This document shows positions 1 to 10,386 of a stretch of DNA of 64,000 bases, one piece after another. Location of the stretch: assembly GCA_965261595.1 (NCBI GenBank), contig CBDHDG010000007.1:992001-1056000 (forward strand), in the 5' to 3' direction. A program made the position numbers and the translations under genes. The notes beneath the pieces were generated by a model. It was given only the letters and a program-made list of their open reading frames with translations, ran no database searches and had not been told where the DNA came from. How positions within the stretch are numbered: position 1 is the first letter of the stretch; each line of letters opens with the position of its first letter. This stretch comes from a bacterium. Lineage in GTDB: Bacteria; UBA8248; JACPRG01; G963555815.

Positions 1-408
1 TTGCCGCTGTTCTACCGGCTGCGGCACGTCCCAAAGCTCAAGCGGGATTCCGTCGCCAATTCCCGCCGCGCTTTGCAGTTCAGCTTCCGCGCCGCTCACT
101 TTCCGCCCGGAAATCGCCGCCGTCAAGAAATTGGTCAGACTGGCCCGGCTTCGCAGTTCGGTCCGTTCCCGCATTTCCCGATCCGGCTCGTCAAGGGCGC
201 GGGTCTCGGCCTCCTTCTCTTCGTCTTCGACAGCGATCACGCTGGCCCGGATTTGTCTTTCCAGGTCCGGCGTTCCGCGTTCCAGGGTGTCGAGATCGCT
301 GCGCTGTTCGTCGCTCAGTTCGTCCACAAGCGCGAGCTCCGCCATGCGCTGACGCTCTTTGGATTGCCGCTCGCGAAGTTCGCGGAGGCGCTTTTGTGAG
401 TTAAGCAT
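1..408 (-). CDS. probable major capsid protein, N-terminal part (runs off window)
   Basis: Read by hand: ATG at 408 with AGGAG RBS at 416-420; MLNSQKRLRELRERQSKERQRMAELALVDELSDEQRSDLDTLERGTPDLERQIRA... is coiled-coil-like (HK97 delta-domain-like) and follows terL-HNH. Confidence 0.6.
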   Translation of the reverse strand, partial: MLNSQKRLRELRERQSKERQRMAELALVDELSDEQRSDLDTLERGTPDLERQIRASVIAVEDEEKEAETRALDEPDREMRERTELRSRASLTNFLTAAISGRKVSGAEAELQSAAGIGDGIPLELWDVPQPVEQRQ

Positions 409-539
409 TCACTCGCTCCTATACAAATCGGATCCGCCGGACAAGGGGGATCCCCGCCCAGGAAAACCCGTGCTCACTGCTATTTCGTCTCTCTCCAGGG
501 AAACTAGAACCTTCGGAAGGAACTACACGTAATAATATA

Positions 540-824
540 TCATCCGTCTATCAATTCCGCTACCGCTTCCGCCCACGCAGCTTCCGCTGGGGTCGGTTTC
601 CTTCGGTTTTCAGATGAAGTCTTTTTGATGTGCTCTCTTCGGGTGAGGACTTGAAGGTTGCTCAGGTCGTAGAGATCGCCGCCTCGATCAAGGGGCTTGA
701 TATGATCCACTTCTAGTCGACCAGCTTTGCCCGACCGCTCCGATCGCCAGCCGGCTCTCTCAAGGACCTGCCGCCTCACAGCGGCCCATCGGCGGGGATT
801 CAGCTTGACATGGTGACGGCTCAA
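540..824 (-). CDS. HNH endonuclease (terminase-associated)
   Basis: LEVDHIKPLDRGG...NLQVLTRREHIKKT motif; likely TTG start overlapping terL stop. Confidence 0.85.
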   Translation of the reverse strand: MSRHHVKLNPRRWAAVRRQVLERAGWRSERSGKAGRLEVDHIKPLDRGGDLYDLSNLQVLTRREHIKKTSSENRRKPTPAEAAWAEAVAELIDG

Positions 825-2362
825 GCCGCGCCCCGGTAACGCCACCGGCGCGGCCTGTTCGTCCCATGCGCCCACCGTCGAAAGCCCACGGCCACCGCGA
901 TGATCGCCGCCGCCGCCGCGTCATCCCTCGCGTTCGCCCGGCGGCCGCCCTGGACGTGCTTGCTCAATTTCCAATTTCCGCTCGGGTCGCCCGTCACCCG
1001 CGCCTCGGACAAGGCGGCTCGAAGCAACAAGGATTTCGTGGGCCGCACCTGGTTTCCGAGAACGGCCTTGCGGAAGTCTCGCACGTCCGCGCCGCCGTCC
1101 TTGAATCCCTGGCCCCGCTCGATAACTTCCGCCAACGGAAACGAAGCGGCCTCAAGATGTTGCTTCAATTCAGCGAGCCGCCAACGGTCGCAGGCAATCG
1201 CCGCCGGACGACCCCACCGCCTCAGAGATTCCGCAATCAGCGCCGGTATATCGGACACCCTACGGCCCGCCTGGAAAAGCTCGTCGCGTTCGGCCATTTG
1301 CTCATACAGGCCCCCCACGCCGTCCGCCTGGCCCCGTTCGGCCAGGCTCGGAACCTCCGGGAAGCACGCGCACGCCTCAAGCGTCCCATCCCGGAAGTAT
1401 GCCGACGCCGCACTCATCGCCGCGTTTTGGCCCAGGTCGAACGCGAGAACGTATCCCTTCGCCCGCGTTTCCGGCGTCGGCAACGCTTCCGCCGCTTTCC
1501 ACGTTTCCGCCTCAATGAGAACGGAAACTGCAACGTCGGACACGCCTTGATTCAAGCGCAACGCCCGGAAAGATTGCATGGCCGACTCGTCCCGCTTCGC
1601 GTCTTCGGCCTCGCTGCGGATCACGGCCTCCAGGTCCGGCAAATGGTCAAGGCCCGGATTCGCCCGCTTCCAGGTCCGGCGCTGAAACGGCGGATCATCC
1701 TTCCCCGCTGCGTAGGACAGCGCAAAGCCGACGCCGTGCCCATCGAGCGCCCGTTGAAACGGATGATCCGGCGTAGCGGGTCGGGTCCCAATCCATAGCG
1801 CCCGGCTGTCCGGTATCTTGCCCCGACTGGTTTTCAGCGCGGACAGCATCGGCCCGACACGCTCAGGCGGCCATTGGGCCACCTCATCAAGCAACAACAG
1901 CTTCGGCGCGGCCCCGTGCAACCGGCGCGGATCGCTCCCAAGAACCCGGACCATCGCTCCGGTCTTGCGGTCTGATATCGTCGCCCTGTTCGCTGAATCC
2001 TGAATCCTGAATCGACCACGGCCGCCGACGCCGTGTTTCTCGAAGGAAGGCTGAAGAAAATGGAGCATGTGACGGAAAGCGATCAAGCCCTGGTCGAAGC
2101 TACTTGCGACAAGCAAGCATTCCGCCATCGGCTCGACAAGCGGCCCGTCCACGTCCACCGCCGCGCAAGCGATCCCCGCCGCGAACGTGGTCTTGCCGTT
2201 GCCCCGGCCCATCGAAAGCGCGGCGTTATCCGGCTGGCCGAAGGCCCCGGACAAAAACCGCCGTTGCCAGGGGAGCAATCGAAAGCGCTCCCCGACCCGG
2301 CGGCCCTGGCCGATTACCAGGCCCTCGATGTAATCAGCTATCGTCTTCGTCTGTGGAGTCAC
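821..2362 (-). CDS. terL: phage terminase large subunit
   Basis: LLPWQ motif, Walker A GRGNGKT, Walker B LLLLDE, C-terminal nuclease region (AFDLG, DRW, RDDAAAA). Confidence 0.85.
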   Translation of the reverse strand: MTPQTKTIADYIEGLVIGQGRRVGERFRLLPWQRRFLSGAFGQPDNAALSMGRGNGKTTFAAGIACAAVDVDGPLVEPMAECLLVASSFDQGLIAFRHMLHFLQPSFEKHGVGGRGRFRIQDSANRATISDRKTGAMVRVLGSDPRRLHGAAPKLLLLDEVAQWPPERVGPMLSALKTSRGKIPDSRALWIGTRPATPDHPFQRALDGHGVGFALSYAAGKDDPPFQRRTWKRANPGLDHLPDLEAVIRSEAEDAKRDESAMQSFRALRLNQGVSDVAVSVLIEAETWKAAEALPTPETRAKGYVLAFDLGQNAAMSAASAYFRDGTLEACACFPEVPSLAERGQADGVGGLYEQMAERDELFQAGRRVSDIPALIAESLRRWGRPAAIACDRWRLAELKQHLEAASFPLAEVIERGQGFKDGGADVRDFRKAVLGNQVRPTKSLLLRAALSEARVTGDPSGNWKLSKHVQGGRRANARDDAAAAAIIAVAVGFRRWAHGTNRPRRWRYRGAA

Positions 2363-2630
2363 TGCGGGTTCTTTCGAAGCGTTCGGCTATACGTCTCACC
2401 TTGTCCATATCAATTTCTAGGTTTTTTCGAAGCACCTGCACACGGCCTTCTATCGCTTTTCCCTTGAAACGATTCGGCAAATCCGCAAGCAGTTCATCAA
2501 GAACACGAATGAAATTCGCCGTTGTCCGACGTTCTGGCAAAAGTGCATCAATTCCTATGATCGTGGTTGCAATTGCCCCGAAGAACGCTGACATGGCTTT
2601 ATAGGCAAGGACTTCGTTTGGGTCTGGCAT
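2334..2630 (-). CDS. hypothetical protein
   Basis: 98-aa ORF with GAGG RBS, upstream of terL. Confidence 0.5.
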   Translation of the reverse strand: MPDPNEVLAYKAMSAFFGAIATTIIGIDALLPERRTTANFIRVLDELLADLPNRFKGKAIEGRVQVLRKNLEIDMDKVRRIAERFERTRSDSTDEDDS

Positions 2631-2721
2631 GATTTTCCTCCCTCTTTAAGGATATGTGTTGCGGTTTGTCTCCACCCTCCGAAACCTCCCCCGTTTCAGC
2701 TTTTTGCCGGTGCCATTTTGG

Positions 2722-3003
2722 TCAGCCGTCAACCAGCCGGTTGTCCAGCACACGGCCGCTGCACCTTTCCTCGGCGATGATGACGATGCGCATAGGCAGG
2801 TCAGATTGCAGATCTACCAGCGCATCGTGAAGTCTCTCGGCCTCGGCCCGTGCTTCCGTCTCGGCGTCGAAGTAACGCGGGCCGTACCAGTCGACTTTCT
2901 CACGGAGCCGATCCACCGCATGGCCGTCGCGAACCTGTTCGCCCGGTTTGGGAAGTTCCGACCAAACACTCACCCGGTATTGCCCCTTATGAAGGTTGTC
3001 CAT
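2722..3003 (-). CDS. hypothetical protein
   Basis: 93-aa ORF with AGGAG RBS. Confidence 0.55.
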   Translation of the reverse strand: MDNLHKGQYRVSVWSELPKPGEQVRDGHAVDRLREKVDWYGPRYFDAETEARAEAERLHDALVDLQSDLPMRIVIIAEERCSGRVLDNRLVDG

Positions 3004-3047
3004 GTCTCTCTCCTTTCTGTTGTATTCTATTCCTCCCCCTGCATGAG

Positions 3048-4040
3048 TCAGGGAAGGGCATACAAATATGGAGCCGCTTTCCGCCCCGTTCCCGTACGCT
3101 TCACCCGTTCCGTTTGCATCATTCCGCGCAACTTTCCCTTCACCGTGGCCGCCTTCCGCCCGACCGCCTCGCGGATGGTGTCCGCGTCGGCTGGCTCCGT
3201 CCGGCCTTCGAGGAATTTAAAAATCTCGTCCTCCAATTCCATTGAATAAAGAGCCGCTACGCTCCGGCCCGCGGTGACCAAACCCTTTGCGTCCATGGAC
3301 AGTTCCGTCGGTTCTAAGTCATCCCCATATCGTTGACGGACATAAAAGTTTCGCGTTCGGCGATCTTGGTCAAGTGAAATTGCACAGTCGACGATGCCGA
3401 ACAAGGCCGTGGAGCCCAAAATTTCGCGTCCTTGATCGCCTCCTAATTTCGTATTGTGGTGGAGCAGCATGACGTGCGAGCCGCTTTCCCTAGCCATATT
3501 TAGGAACGGCCGAAGGGCGGTAGTCACCTGAGCGTAGTCGTTCAAATCCCGCACGTTCACCAAATGAGCGATCGGATCGACGATGCAAAGGTCCGGTTCG
3601 TATTCCTTTATCGCGGCATTCAGCCACCGGACGCCATTCTGCGGTGGTGGGCCGAAGTGAACGTGAATGTCATCCGATTCCATCAGCCCCAAGGCGCGGA
3701 AGTGCGCCGACACCCGCGATTCAATCTCCTCTAAAGACAAATAGAGAACGCGCCCTTTGGTGGCCAGACGGCCAAGAAAGTGAGAACCGCGCGAAACGCA
3801 CATTGCCAGGCACCGCGCTAATGTCGATTTACCGATCTTGGGCCGCGACGTCATGATTGAGAGTCCTCCGACTGGAAGGAGTCCCGCAACGAGCCATGAA
3901 ATCTCGGGATACACTCGAATGAGCATTTCGGCCGCAGAGATGAAATGAAAACCTTCCCTCGGCGGTCGATATTCAATTCGATTCCCATTCTCATCTATAG
4001 GGAGAGAATGGGAATCGAATTTCGTAGCCGGTTCGTTCAT
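3048..4040 (-). CDS. AAA_25 / RepA-like replicative helicase
   Basis: WLVAGLLPVGGL, Walker A SRPKIGKST, VLYLSLEE, LCIVDP, LLHH..K, GSTAL. Confidence 0.85.
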   Translation of the reverse strand: MNEPATKFDSHSLPIDENGNRIEYRPPREGFHFISAAEMLIRVYPEISWLVAGLLPVGGLSIMTSRPKIGKSTLARCLAMCVSRGSHFLGRLATKGRVLYLSLEEIESRVSAHFRALGLMESDDIHVHFGPPPQNGVRWLNAAIKEYEPDLCIVDPIAHLVNVRDLNDYAQVTTALRPFLNMARESGSHVMLLHHNTKLGGDQGREILGSTALFGIVDCAISLDQDRRTRNFYVRQRYGDDLEPTELSMDAKGLVTAGRSVAALYSMELEDEIFKFLEGRTEPADADTIREAVGRKAATVKGKLRGMMQTERVKRTGTGRKAAPYLYALP

Positions 4041-4246
4041 GATTTTTCACCGTCGCCGTTTTCGCCGGTGGCGCGCGGGCGGGAGTCGAGGTATGCATCG
4101 AGCTCGCTCTCCTTCCAGCGAACCGCCCTTTGGCCTACGCGGATGGGCTCGGGAAAATCGCGATCTCGCATGAGCCGGTAGATCGAGCTCCGGCCAAGAC
4201 CGGTGCGGCGTTCGACTTCGATTCGGGAAAGCAAAATTTCCGTCAT
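4037..4246 (-). CDS. alpA: AlpA family regulator/excisionase
   Basis: LLSRIEVERRTGLGRSSIYRLM..DFPEPIRVGQRAVRWKESEL. Confidence 0.9.
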   Translation of the reverse strand: MTEILLSRIEVERRTGLGRSSIYRLMRDRDFPEPIRVGQRAVRWKESELDAYLDSRPRATGENGDGEKS

Positions 4247-4342
4247 TTTTTTCCCTCCATGTTGGAAGTCCGATGCTTTCCCTGAATATCGCCCGCCTTC
4301 CAGAAAGTTCCGAGGACGCTATAAATTTTTAGTGTCTCAAAA

Positions 4343-5041
4343 TTAGTCGGAGGGAAATGTGGGCCAAGGTGCTCGTCGCCAGTTGCCTTTCCGCCACTTG
4401 GTAAGCCCCTTCCTAACGACAGATTCATCGTCACCGATCCATTCGGCGATCACGCCGATTCGGTCAGTGGCGTTTTTCATGCCAAAGTGCTCGAGCCAAT
4501 CGTTCGCCGCGAAGTAAAGACCGTTACGGTCTTCATTCGCATATGGGGGGTCCCCTTTGTGGCCCTGCTCCTTGGCAGGCGGCTTTAGTGTGCCGGCCTG
4601 AAGGCGGGCGTGAACGTCGGCGGCCCAGTCCGCCAATGCATCGGGAAAAGGTACGCGAGCTCGGTGCAAGCGTTCGGCAATCAAGTTCAATGCCGCCCAA
4701 TGGTCGAAGTCGTCCGCGGCGATGTACTCCCGTAACAATCTGTCAGCCCGTTCCTTGTAGTCCTTACCCCATTTCCGATCCCAATCGCGGAGCTCGAACC
4801 AATGATGAGCAATTGACTCTCCGAGCCAAGGCAAGGGGTCAACATTTAACCCGTGAAAGAAATAGTGCAGGAAGAGAACGGCTTCTTCCAGGGCATCCTT
4901 GTTTTTCACACCGAACATCCCCTCGCGAAGCAATGCATCGTTCTCCTTCGGTGTGATCTCATTGCCCTGACTCTCCGATATCGAAACGCTCCTTTTCTTC
5001 TTGATAGCCTCCTTCCAAGCGGTTTTCCTCTTCTCATCCAT
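4343..5041 (-). CDS. hypothetical protein
   Basis: 232-aa ORF coupled to the integrase stop. Confidence 0.6.
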   Translation of the reverse strand: MDEKRKTAWKEAIKKKRSVSISESQGNEITPKENDALLREGMFGVKNKDALEEAVLFLHYFFHGLNVDPLPWLGESIAHHWFELRDWDRKWGKDYKERADRLLREYIAADDFDHWAALNLIAERLHRARVPFPDALADWAADVHARLQAGTLKPPAKEQGHKGDPPYANEDRNGLYFAANDWLEHFGMKNATDRIGVIAEWIGDDESVVRKGLTKWRKGNWRRAPWPTFPSD

Positions 5042-6208
5042 GGAGCTTGATCACCTTCCCCCGGCTGCCGGTCAAATACGAAGCCCACTGATCCATCAGC
5101 CGGCGGCGCTTCTCGAAAAGGTCACTTCGGAAATAAGCCCCCTCGACACCGCCCACCACGTGCGCCAACGCTGCCTCGGCAATCTCTCGCAGCTTCCCGG
5201 TCTCCGCGCACCAATCCCTGAAGCTCGACCGGAAGCCGTGAACGGTTGCCCGCTCAGACAGCCCGGTATCCCGCAGAACCTTGGTCAAGGCCATGTCGGA
5301 GAGTGGACGGCCCCGCCTCACGGGCGAGGGAAAGATCAGGTCCGAATCGTTGCGCAACGGTCGCGCTTGTTCGAGCACTTCCAACGCAGCATCGGATAGC
5401 GGGATGCGATGCTCGACACCGGCCTTCATGCGGTTTGCCGGAATGCGCCACTCGCGCGCGTCCAGGTCTATTTCAGACCACAACGCTCCCCGCGTCTCGC
5501 CCGACCTCGCCGCCGTCAGAACCGTGAACCGCAAACACAGTTTCGCGGACAGCGATGCCCGCGATGCATCCACGGTCTCTAGCGCCCCGGCTACCTCGCG
5601 ATAGGGCAGGGCGCGGAGGTGTTCCTTCACGGCTGGCTGGGCTGGCAACGCACCGTCGATGGCCTCGCCTGCGATGTTGTGTTCGATGTAACCGTGCGCT
5701 TGCGCCCAGCCCAGTGTGGTGCGTATCCACTGGCGCAGCTTGCGGGCCTGTTCGGGTCGGCTGGTCCACAGCGGCGTCAGCACGCGCAACACGTCCTCCC
5801 GGCCGATCCGGTCAAGGCGTGTATCGCCAAGGATCGGGAAGGCGTGCCGCTCCATCCCTTGCCACCACTTCAAGGCGACACGTTCACTGCGCCAGCGTGG
5901 GCGGTTCGCATCGAAGGTCTTCTTCGCCGCCTCCCGGAAGGATGGCACCTTGGCCCGCCGCTTCGCCGCAAGCGGATCGCCTCCGGCCCGTGCCAGTTTG
6001 CGGTTGGCGAATGCCTTCTCCCGCGCTTCGACCAACGAAGTCAGCGGGAAACCGCCAAGCCGATATCCCGGCGCTTGGAGTTGACGACAAGCCGCTGCAC
6101 CCAGGACTTCGATCCACCGGGCGCAACGCTCAAAAAAAGTGTGCCGCCGTCAGAGTAGCGCCCCGGCTCCTTTATGGCCTTGACCTTTGCAGCATTGAGT
6201 CTGCCCAT
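5034..6208 (-). CDS. int: P4-type tyrosine integrase (apparent 1-bp frameshift near 6055)
   Basis: Arm-binding domain (PGRYSDGGTLFL..KSWVQR) plus catalytic R..HGFR..LAH..Y; split at a GG run, possibly a sequencing error. Confidence 0.9.
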
Positions 6209-6356
6209 ACCGTTTCCCCTTTTTCCCACAATTATTACCTCTTTAAATGTGGGAATATATAGGAATGTGGGAAACGTGTCAAGAACATAAAAAAGCCCGA
6301 AACCCCTATGTAATAAGGGATTCCGGGCACTTACAGGAACATAAAAAAATGATTTC

Positions 6357-6432
6357 TGGCTCCCCGGGCCGGACTCGAACCAGCGACATGGTGGTTAACA
6401 GCCACCCGCTCTGCCAACTGAGCTACCGGGGA
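6357..6432 (-). tRNA. tRNA-Asn (GTT)
   Basis: TCCCCGGTAGCTCAGTTGGCAGAGCGGGTGGCTGTTAACCACCATGTCGCTGGTTCGAGTCCGGCCCGGGGAGCCA; cloverleaf, GTT anticodon, CCA end. Confidence 0.97.
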
Positions 6433-6550
6433 ATCGTGGGGAGCGTTCGCCCCTCGGGCGTCCCTCGAGTCAAATCCGCAAAGACCGCGCCTTTGCGCTC
6501 AACCCTCGGAAAATATGACGCCCGCTGTTTTCAAAGTCAAGGAAAGGCGC

Positions 6551-7651
6551 TCAGGCCTTTTCCGACCGGGAATCGGCCGCATCCTCCGGCTTGGCGGGGG
6601 CCGGCGGATTCTCTCCCGCGAGCCCGTCGTCCATCGCCGTCCGGACGGCTTCCTCGAGCGGCCGCAGGACGCGGGGGACCGCCTCCTCCAGCGGGCCTTG
6701 CACACGAATCCCGGCGGCGAACGGGTGCCCCCCGCCCCCGAGTGACATGGCGATCCGGTTGACGCGGATCAGCCCCTTGGAGCGCAGGCTCGTCCGGATA
6801 ATCCCCGTGGGAAGCTCGATGAACAGGACGCTCACCTGCACGCCGTCCAGGCTTCGCGGGAAATCGACGAAGTCCTCCGTATCCTCCGGCCGGGCCTCCG
6901 CCGATTTCAGCATCTCCTGCGTCACGGCGATCCAGCCGATCCGCCCGTCGGCGGACAGCTTCAGCCCGCTCAAGGTCAATCCCAGCAGGCGGAGTCTGGC
7001 CGGGTGGGTGGACTCATAGATGTTGGAGTACGTTGTCTGGGGCTTGACGCCGAGATCGAGCAGCTCCGCGGCGATCCGGTGGGTCCGGCCGTTGGTGTTG
7101 CTGAACCGGAAGGAGCCGGTGTCGGTCATGATGGCCGCATAGAGCGCCTCGGCCACCGGGAGCGACAGGGGGGGGGGGGGGGAGGAGCCCTCGTAGCTTT
7201 TCAACAGGTCGTAGATGATCTCGCCGGTCGCGCAGGCATGCTGGTTGATCACCTGCGGGTCCCCGAAACTCTCTCCTCCCTCGCTGGGATGGTGGTCGAT
7301 GCAGAGAACGGGCAGACCGGACTTCGAAGCGGTCTGGGTCATCGGCCCCAGCCGCTCCCACTTGCCGTAGTCCAGCGCGACCAACAGATCCACCTCCCCG
7401 GGCAGCGGCTCGCCCGATTGATAGGACTGAATGAGACCGTCCGGATCCAGGAATCCGTAAAAGAGAGGCGTCTGGGACGCGTTCAGGATGACCGTCTGCT
7501 TCCCGCGCTCCCACAGGAACCGGTGCAGGGCCAACTCGGAGCCCAAACCGTCTCCGTCGGGATTGACGTGGGTGGTGATGAGGGGCCGCCGGGCCCGGTC
7601 GAGCGCCTCCCGGGCGGACGCCAGAATGTTTTCGGGAGTCTCTGAATTCAT
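6551..7651 (-). CDS. nrnA: DHH/DHHA1 phosphoesterase (NrnA)
   Basis: HVNPDGDGLGS, IDHH, DTGSF, GGGGHPFAAG. Confidence 0.9.
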   Translation of the reverse strand: MNSETPENILASAREALDRARRPLITTHVNPDGDGLGSELALHRFLWERGKQTVILNASQTPLFYGFLDPDGLIQSYQSGEPLPGEVDLLVALDYGKWERLGPMTQTASKSGLPVLCIDHHPSEGGESFGDPQVINQHACATGEIIYDLLKSYEGSSPPPPLSLPVAEALYAAIMTDTGSFRFSNTNGRTHRIAAELLDLGVKPQTTYSNIYESTHPARLRLLGLTLSGLKLSADGRIGWIAVTQEMLKSAEARPEDTEDFVDFPRSLDGVQVSVLFIELPTGIIRTSLRSKGLIRVNRIAMSLGGGGHPFAAGIRVQGPLEEAVPRVLRPLEEAVRTAMDDGLAGENPPAPAKPEDAADSRSEKA

Positions 7652-7652
7652 C

Positions 7653-8849
7653 TTAATGGCCCGGCTCGAACGCGGGAATTCGTTTGAGCTGGGCCAGGAC
7701 CCTGTCACGGATTTCGTGCACGGTGTAAATTGGCCGGACCAGGCGTCCGTTCTCGATCAAGGGGGTCAACAGATCCTCGACCCGGCCGCCGGCTTGCCGC
7801 CGGGCGACATCGCTCAGCGGAACAACCTCGTCTTCCAGCGTCCCGGGCGTCCTCAAAACGGTCTTGGCCCCGGAGGCCTTTCCCCGCTTGGCCATCGGCT
7901 CTCCATCGATCTCCACCACGTCCATCGAAAAGTCCATGACCGGCGCGCTGCTGATGCTGGTCCCCACGCCGTACCCGTCGACGAACGGATGGAGATCGGC
8001 GATCGCCGCCTCGTCGAGGCCGCCGCTCACAAAGAGCTGAACCTTTTGATGCCCGCGCAGATCCAGCTCCCAGCGGACTTCCTGAAGGATCTGGATGAAG
8101 TCCCCCCGCCGGGAGGACGGGGTATCCAACCGGACGGCCGACAAGCGGCCGCCGAGCGCCTCGGCCACCCGGACCGCCTCGAATTTTTCGTCGGCGAATG
8201 TGTCGACGAGCGCGACGCGCCGGGCGGCGGGTTCAACCACCTCGTCGTAGGCCTTCATGGCCGTCACGGCGTCCCCCATGATCAGCATCAGGGTGTGCGG
8301 CGTCGTCCCGGATGGCGGCTTGCCGATGAGTTCACCGCTCTTGACAGCCGCCACGCCGTCGCAGCCGCCGACATAGGCGTTGCGCTCCACCATCGGGGCG
8401 ATGGTCGGATGAATCCGCCGGGCGCCGAACATGATGAGGGGCCGCTCTTTCGCCAAGATGCGGCACCGCGCAGCCTTGGTGGAGATTCCCGTGGCCTGAC
8501 ACAGGTAGCCGAGGATGGCCGTTTCATATACGCCGAAATCGGTGTAATCGCCCTCGATCTCCAGAACCGGCTGGAAGGGATGAAAGACCGTGCCTTCTTC
8601 CATGCACCGGACGTTGATCGGGAGACCCTGGAACAACTCGAGACATTCTTCCAGGCCGGTGAACACCGCCCACGTCCACCCACGCGGGAACCCCTTGGCC
8701 GCGAACTCGGCGCGAACCCGCTTCCGGATCCCCTTGGCCTTGAGGATTTGAAGCGTCCGCTCGAAATAAACGTCGGAAACCCGGCCTTTCTTGATCTCTT
8801 CAAGGGTGGCCGTTTGGCGGACAAGCTTGTCTGGATCGATGGGCGACAT
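7653..8849 (-). CDS. pncB: nicotinate phosphoribosyltransferase
   Basis: SDVYFERT, FGARR, GTTPH, LVDTF, VRLDTPSSRRG, GYGVGT. Confidence 0.88.
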   Translation of the reverse strand: MSPIDPDKLVRQTATLEEIKKGRVSDVYFERTLQILKAKGIRKRVRAEFAAKGFPRGWTWAVFTGLEECLELFQGLPINVRCMEEGTVFHPFQPVLEIEGDYTDFGVYETAILGYLCQATGISTKAARCRILAKERPLIMFGARRIHPTIAPMVERNAYVGGCDGVAAVKSGELIGKPPSGTTPHTLMLIMGDAVTAMKAYDEVVEPAARRVALVDTFADEKFEAVRVAEALGGRLSAVRLDTPSSRRGDFIQILQEVRWELDLRGHQKVQLFVSGGLDEAAIADLHPFVDGYGVGTSISSAPVMDFSMDVVEIDGEPMAKRGKASGAKTVLRTPGTLEDEVVPLSDVARRQAGGRVEDLLTPLIENGRLVRPIYTVHEIRDRVLAQLKRIPAFEPGH

Positions 8850-8889
8850 GCGTTGAAATCCGGATTGTGTCAGACAGAAGGAAGGAGGA

Positions 8890-9348
8890 TCAGTTCTTAT
8901 ACTCCACCGTTTCCCATTCGAGAACCTCCAGGAGCTGTTCCATGTTCAGCGTCTGCTCCCTTCGGTTATCGGTCGCCATCTCATAGTGCGGGGAATGGAC
9001 GATGGACTTGGGATCGGTCGGGCAGGCTTCCACGCAGAGGCCGCACCACATGCAGCGCGAAAAGTCGATGAGGAACTCCTTGGCCCGTCTTTCCTTCCCT
9101 TTCCCGATGGGCTGGATGGTGATGCAGTCCGTCGGACAGGCGATCTCGCAGAGCAGGCATCCGATGCAGTAGGCCTCGCCGTTCTCGTCCTTCGTCAGGG
9201 CGAGGACGCCCCGGGAGCCCTTGGGAAGATCGTACCGCTCCACCGGGTACTGGAGCGTGATGGGCTTTTTGAACAGGTGCTTGAAGGTCGTTGCCAGTCC
9301 CTTGCGGATGTCTCCCAGGAACAGGGTGTTCATGACTTTTTGAAGCAT
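8890..9348 (-). CDS. nuoI: NADH-quinone oxidoreductase subunit I (2x4Fe-4S)
   Basis: ITLQYP, CIGCLLCEIACP, CMWCGLCVEACP. Confidence 0.85.
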   Translation of the reverse strand: MLQKVMNTLFLGDIRKGLATTFKHLFKKPITLQYPVERYDLPKGSRGVLALTKDENGEAYCIGCLLCEIACPTDCITIQPIGKGKERRAKEFLIDFSRCMWCGLCVEACPTDPKSIVHSPHYEMATDNRREQTLNMEQLLEVLEWETVEYKN

Positions 9349-9435
9349 CGGGATTCCCCCCCCGCCCTTTCGGCGGATCGCGCCGTCGAAGGCTCGTCCG
9401 GGCCGCCGCGCGGCCCGCGCGAAGCCGGCCCCGGT

Positions 9436-10386
9436 TTACACGGAGCTTGTCGAGGCCGCCTCCTTGTCATGGAGCGATTCGATGTACTTCTCCGCCGCGA
9501 CGGCCGCGGTGGTCGCGTCCCCGACGGCGGTGGTGAGCTGCCGGGCAACCTGGGTCCGGACGTCTCCGACGGCGTAAATGCCCGGAATATTCGTTTGCAT
9601 CGTATCGTCGGTGATGTAGTAGCCGTTTTCGTCCTTGTCCAACGGCTCCCGGACAAGGCCGCTGTTCGGCGTGAACCCGATGAAGATGAAGACTCCGCCC
9701 ACGTCCAGCTGGCCGGTCTCGCCGGTCTTGACGTTTTTGAGCTTGAGGTGCTTCACCTCTTTATCATCGCCGACGATCTCTTCAACAACCGTATCCCAGA
9801 TGAATTCCATCTTCTCCGAGTTGAAGGCCCGTTCCTGGATGATCTTCGTGGCGCGGAGCTGATCGCGCCGGTGGATGATGGGGACCTTGCTCCCGTACTT
9901 GGTCAGGAACAGGCCCTCCTCCACCGCCGCGTCGCCGCCGCCGATGACCGCGATCACCTCGTCCTGGAAGAAAGCGCCGTCGCAAATTGCGCAGTAGGAG
10001 ACGCCTTTGCCCCAGTAATCCTTCTCGCCCGGTATTTCAAGGTAGATCGGGCTTCCGCCCGCCGAGAGGATCACGGCCTTGGAGCGGTACTCGTTCTCGT
10101 CCGTCCGGGTGACGCGGTCCTCGCCGTCGCAGTAGATTTCGAGGACCTCTTCCATCCGGATCTCAGCCCCGAACTTCTTGCAGTGCTCCTCCATCTTCTG
10201 GGCCAGCTCCGGTCCCATGATGTGCTCGAAGCCCGGATAGTCCTCCACGTCCCCGGTGTTGACGATCTGTCCGCCCGGGACGCCCTTTTCCAGAACGACG
10301 GTCTTCAGCTTGGCCCGGCCGGCGTACAGGCCGGCGCATAGACCCGCGGGTCCGCCGCCGATGACCACCACATCGAACACTTCCAT
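9436..10386 (-). CDS. trxB: thioredoxin reductase
   Basis: GGGPAG, CAICDG, GGGDAAVEE. Confidence 0.95.
   Translation of the reverse strand: MEVFDVVVIGGGPAGLCAGLYAGRAKLKTVVLEKGVPGGQIVNTGDVEDYPGFEHIMGPELAQKMEEHCKKFGAEIRMEEVLEIYCDGEDRVTRTDENEYRSKAVILSAGGSPIYLEIPGEKDYWGKGVSYCAICDGAFFQDEVIAVIGGGDAAVEEGLFLTKYGSKVPIIHRRDQLRATKIIQERAFNSEKMEFIWDTVVEEIVGDDKEVKHLKLKNVKTGETGQLDVGGVFIFIGFTPNSGLVREPLDKDENGYYITDDTMQTNIPGIYAVGDVRTQVARQLTTAVGDATTAAVAAEKYIESLHDKEAASTSSV

Larger units (their letters stand above)
1..6356 (-). mobile_element. phage satellite / mini-prophage integrated at tRNA-Asn (extends beyond window start)
   Basis: int-hyp-alpA-helicase-hyp-hyp-terL-HNH-capsid, all on - strand, directly downstream of the tRNA 3' end. 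Confidence 0.8.
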
